A stretch of 64,000 nt of DNA from Eledone cirrhosa (taxonomy: Eukaryota), in assembly GCA_964016885.1 (NCBI GenBank), contig OZ024753.1, positions 15,500,001-15,564,000 of the forward strand, read 5' to 3'. Both the position numbers and the translations under genes were made by a program. Shown here in pieces: positions 63,501-64,000 of the stretch (position 1 is its first letter; each line of letters starts with the position of its first letter). The notes below the pieces were generated by a model, which made no database searches, was not told where the DNA came from, and worked only from the letters and a program-made list of their open reading frames with translations.

Positions 63501-64000
63501 GTGGCCAGCTATTCCGTATGTAAACACACAGACAAACCGGTTTTTAGAGTCATACTGGTTTTTGAGGAAACACCTTTCCTCTATTCTCCAGAAAGCCAGA
63601 CAAGGAATATTGAACTAGTTTCGTTGTTGTTACAACTCATCAGCAATATTTACCTATCTTCCGGCCTCTCTAGAGAATCGTAAAAGCACATAGCGTTATA
63701 TGCTTTTTCTATGAAAATTAGTAGTGGGCAGACTAATTTGCATAGAGTGTGAGTAAGTACCGGTTCAACGGAGACGATAAAAACAAATAACGAAACGAAA
63801 TTAAATTTCGTTTCGTTTGTAACTCACTTTTGTATGACTGACGCTTAAACAATTAAGTTAAAGATGTACATCCATATATGTATACTGAAATACTAGTATG
63901 TATATGAATACACACACGTATACATATGTAGATGTACCAAGTTTTTTTCACTGGTCACTTTACTGTGAGTGGCCAGCTATTCCGTATGTAAACACACAGA
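60501..64000 (-). repeat. 468-bp tandem array (~7.5 apparently identical units, runs off the window), retrozyme-like
   Basis: Units start at 60501, 60969, 61437 and so on; the ORF track repeats with period 468; one HHR per complete unit. Confidence 0.97.
60798..60842 (-). ncRNA. Type-I minimal hammerhead ribozyme (repeated at 61266, 61734, 62202, 62670, 63138, 63606)
   Basis: Minus strand reads AATATTG-CTGATGA-GTTGT-AACA-ACAAC-GAAA-CTAG-TT^-CAATATT: perfect core, 7-bp stem I, 5-bp stem II, palindromic ACTAGT stem III. Confidence 0.92.

Noticed and set aside
60622-63683. Repeated 60-62 aa ORFs
   Set aside because: They are by-products of the 468-bp repeat, have no recognisable domain and lie antisense to the ribozyme.

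Overview
AT-rich eukaryotic repeat landscape. The SINE, LINE and microsatellite style suggests a cephalopod or other mollusc, which is an inference. No host protein-coding gene could be supported, and most ORFs in the track are translation artefacts of (TA)n and (TG)n microsatellites. The recognisable elements are: a decayed near-full-length R4/Dong RLE retrotransposon beside (TAA)n (~8.2-12.2 kb); an apparently intact CR1-group LINE (~50.5-55.1 kb); two Penelope-like GIY-YIG remnants; RTE and Tx1 3' fragments; many tRNA-derived SINEs; a hAT MITE; and a 107-bp satellite built from SINE heads. The main result is a dense, hidden population of type-I hammerhead ribozyme (HHR) motifs read directly from the sequence. 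One canonical HHR sits in every complete unit of a homogeneous 468-bp tandem array (60.5-64 kb, retrozyme-like). A diverged relative of that unit lies at 1.2-1.7 kb. More than a dozen further HHR motifs from several families lie mostly inside short fold-back elements embedded in (TA)n tracts, consistent with non-autonomous Penelope-type mobility.
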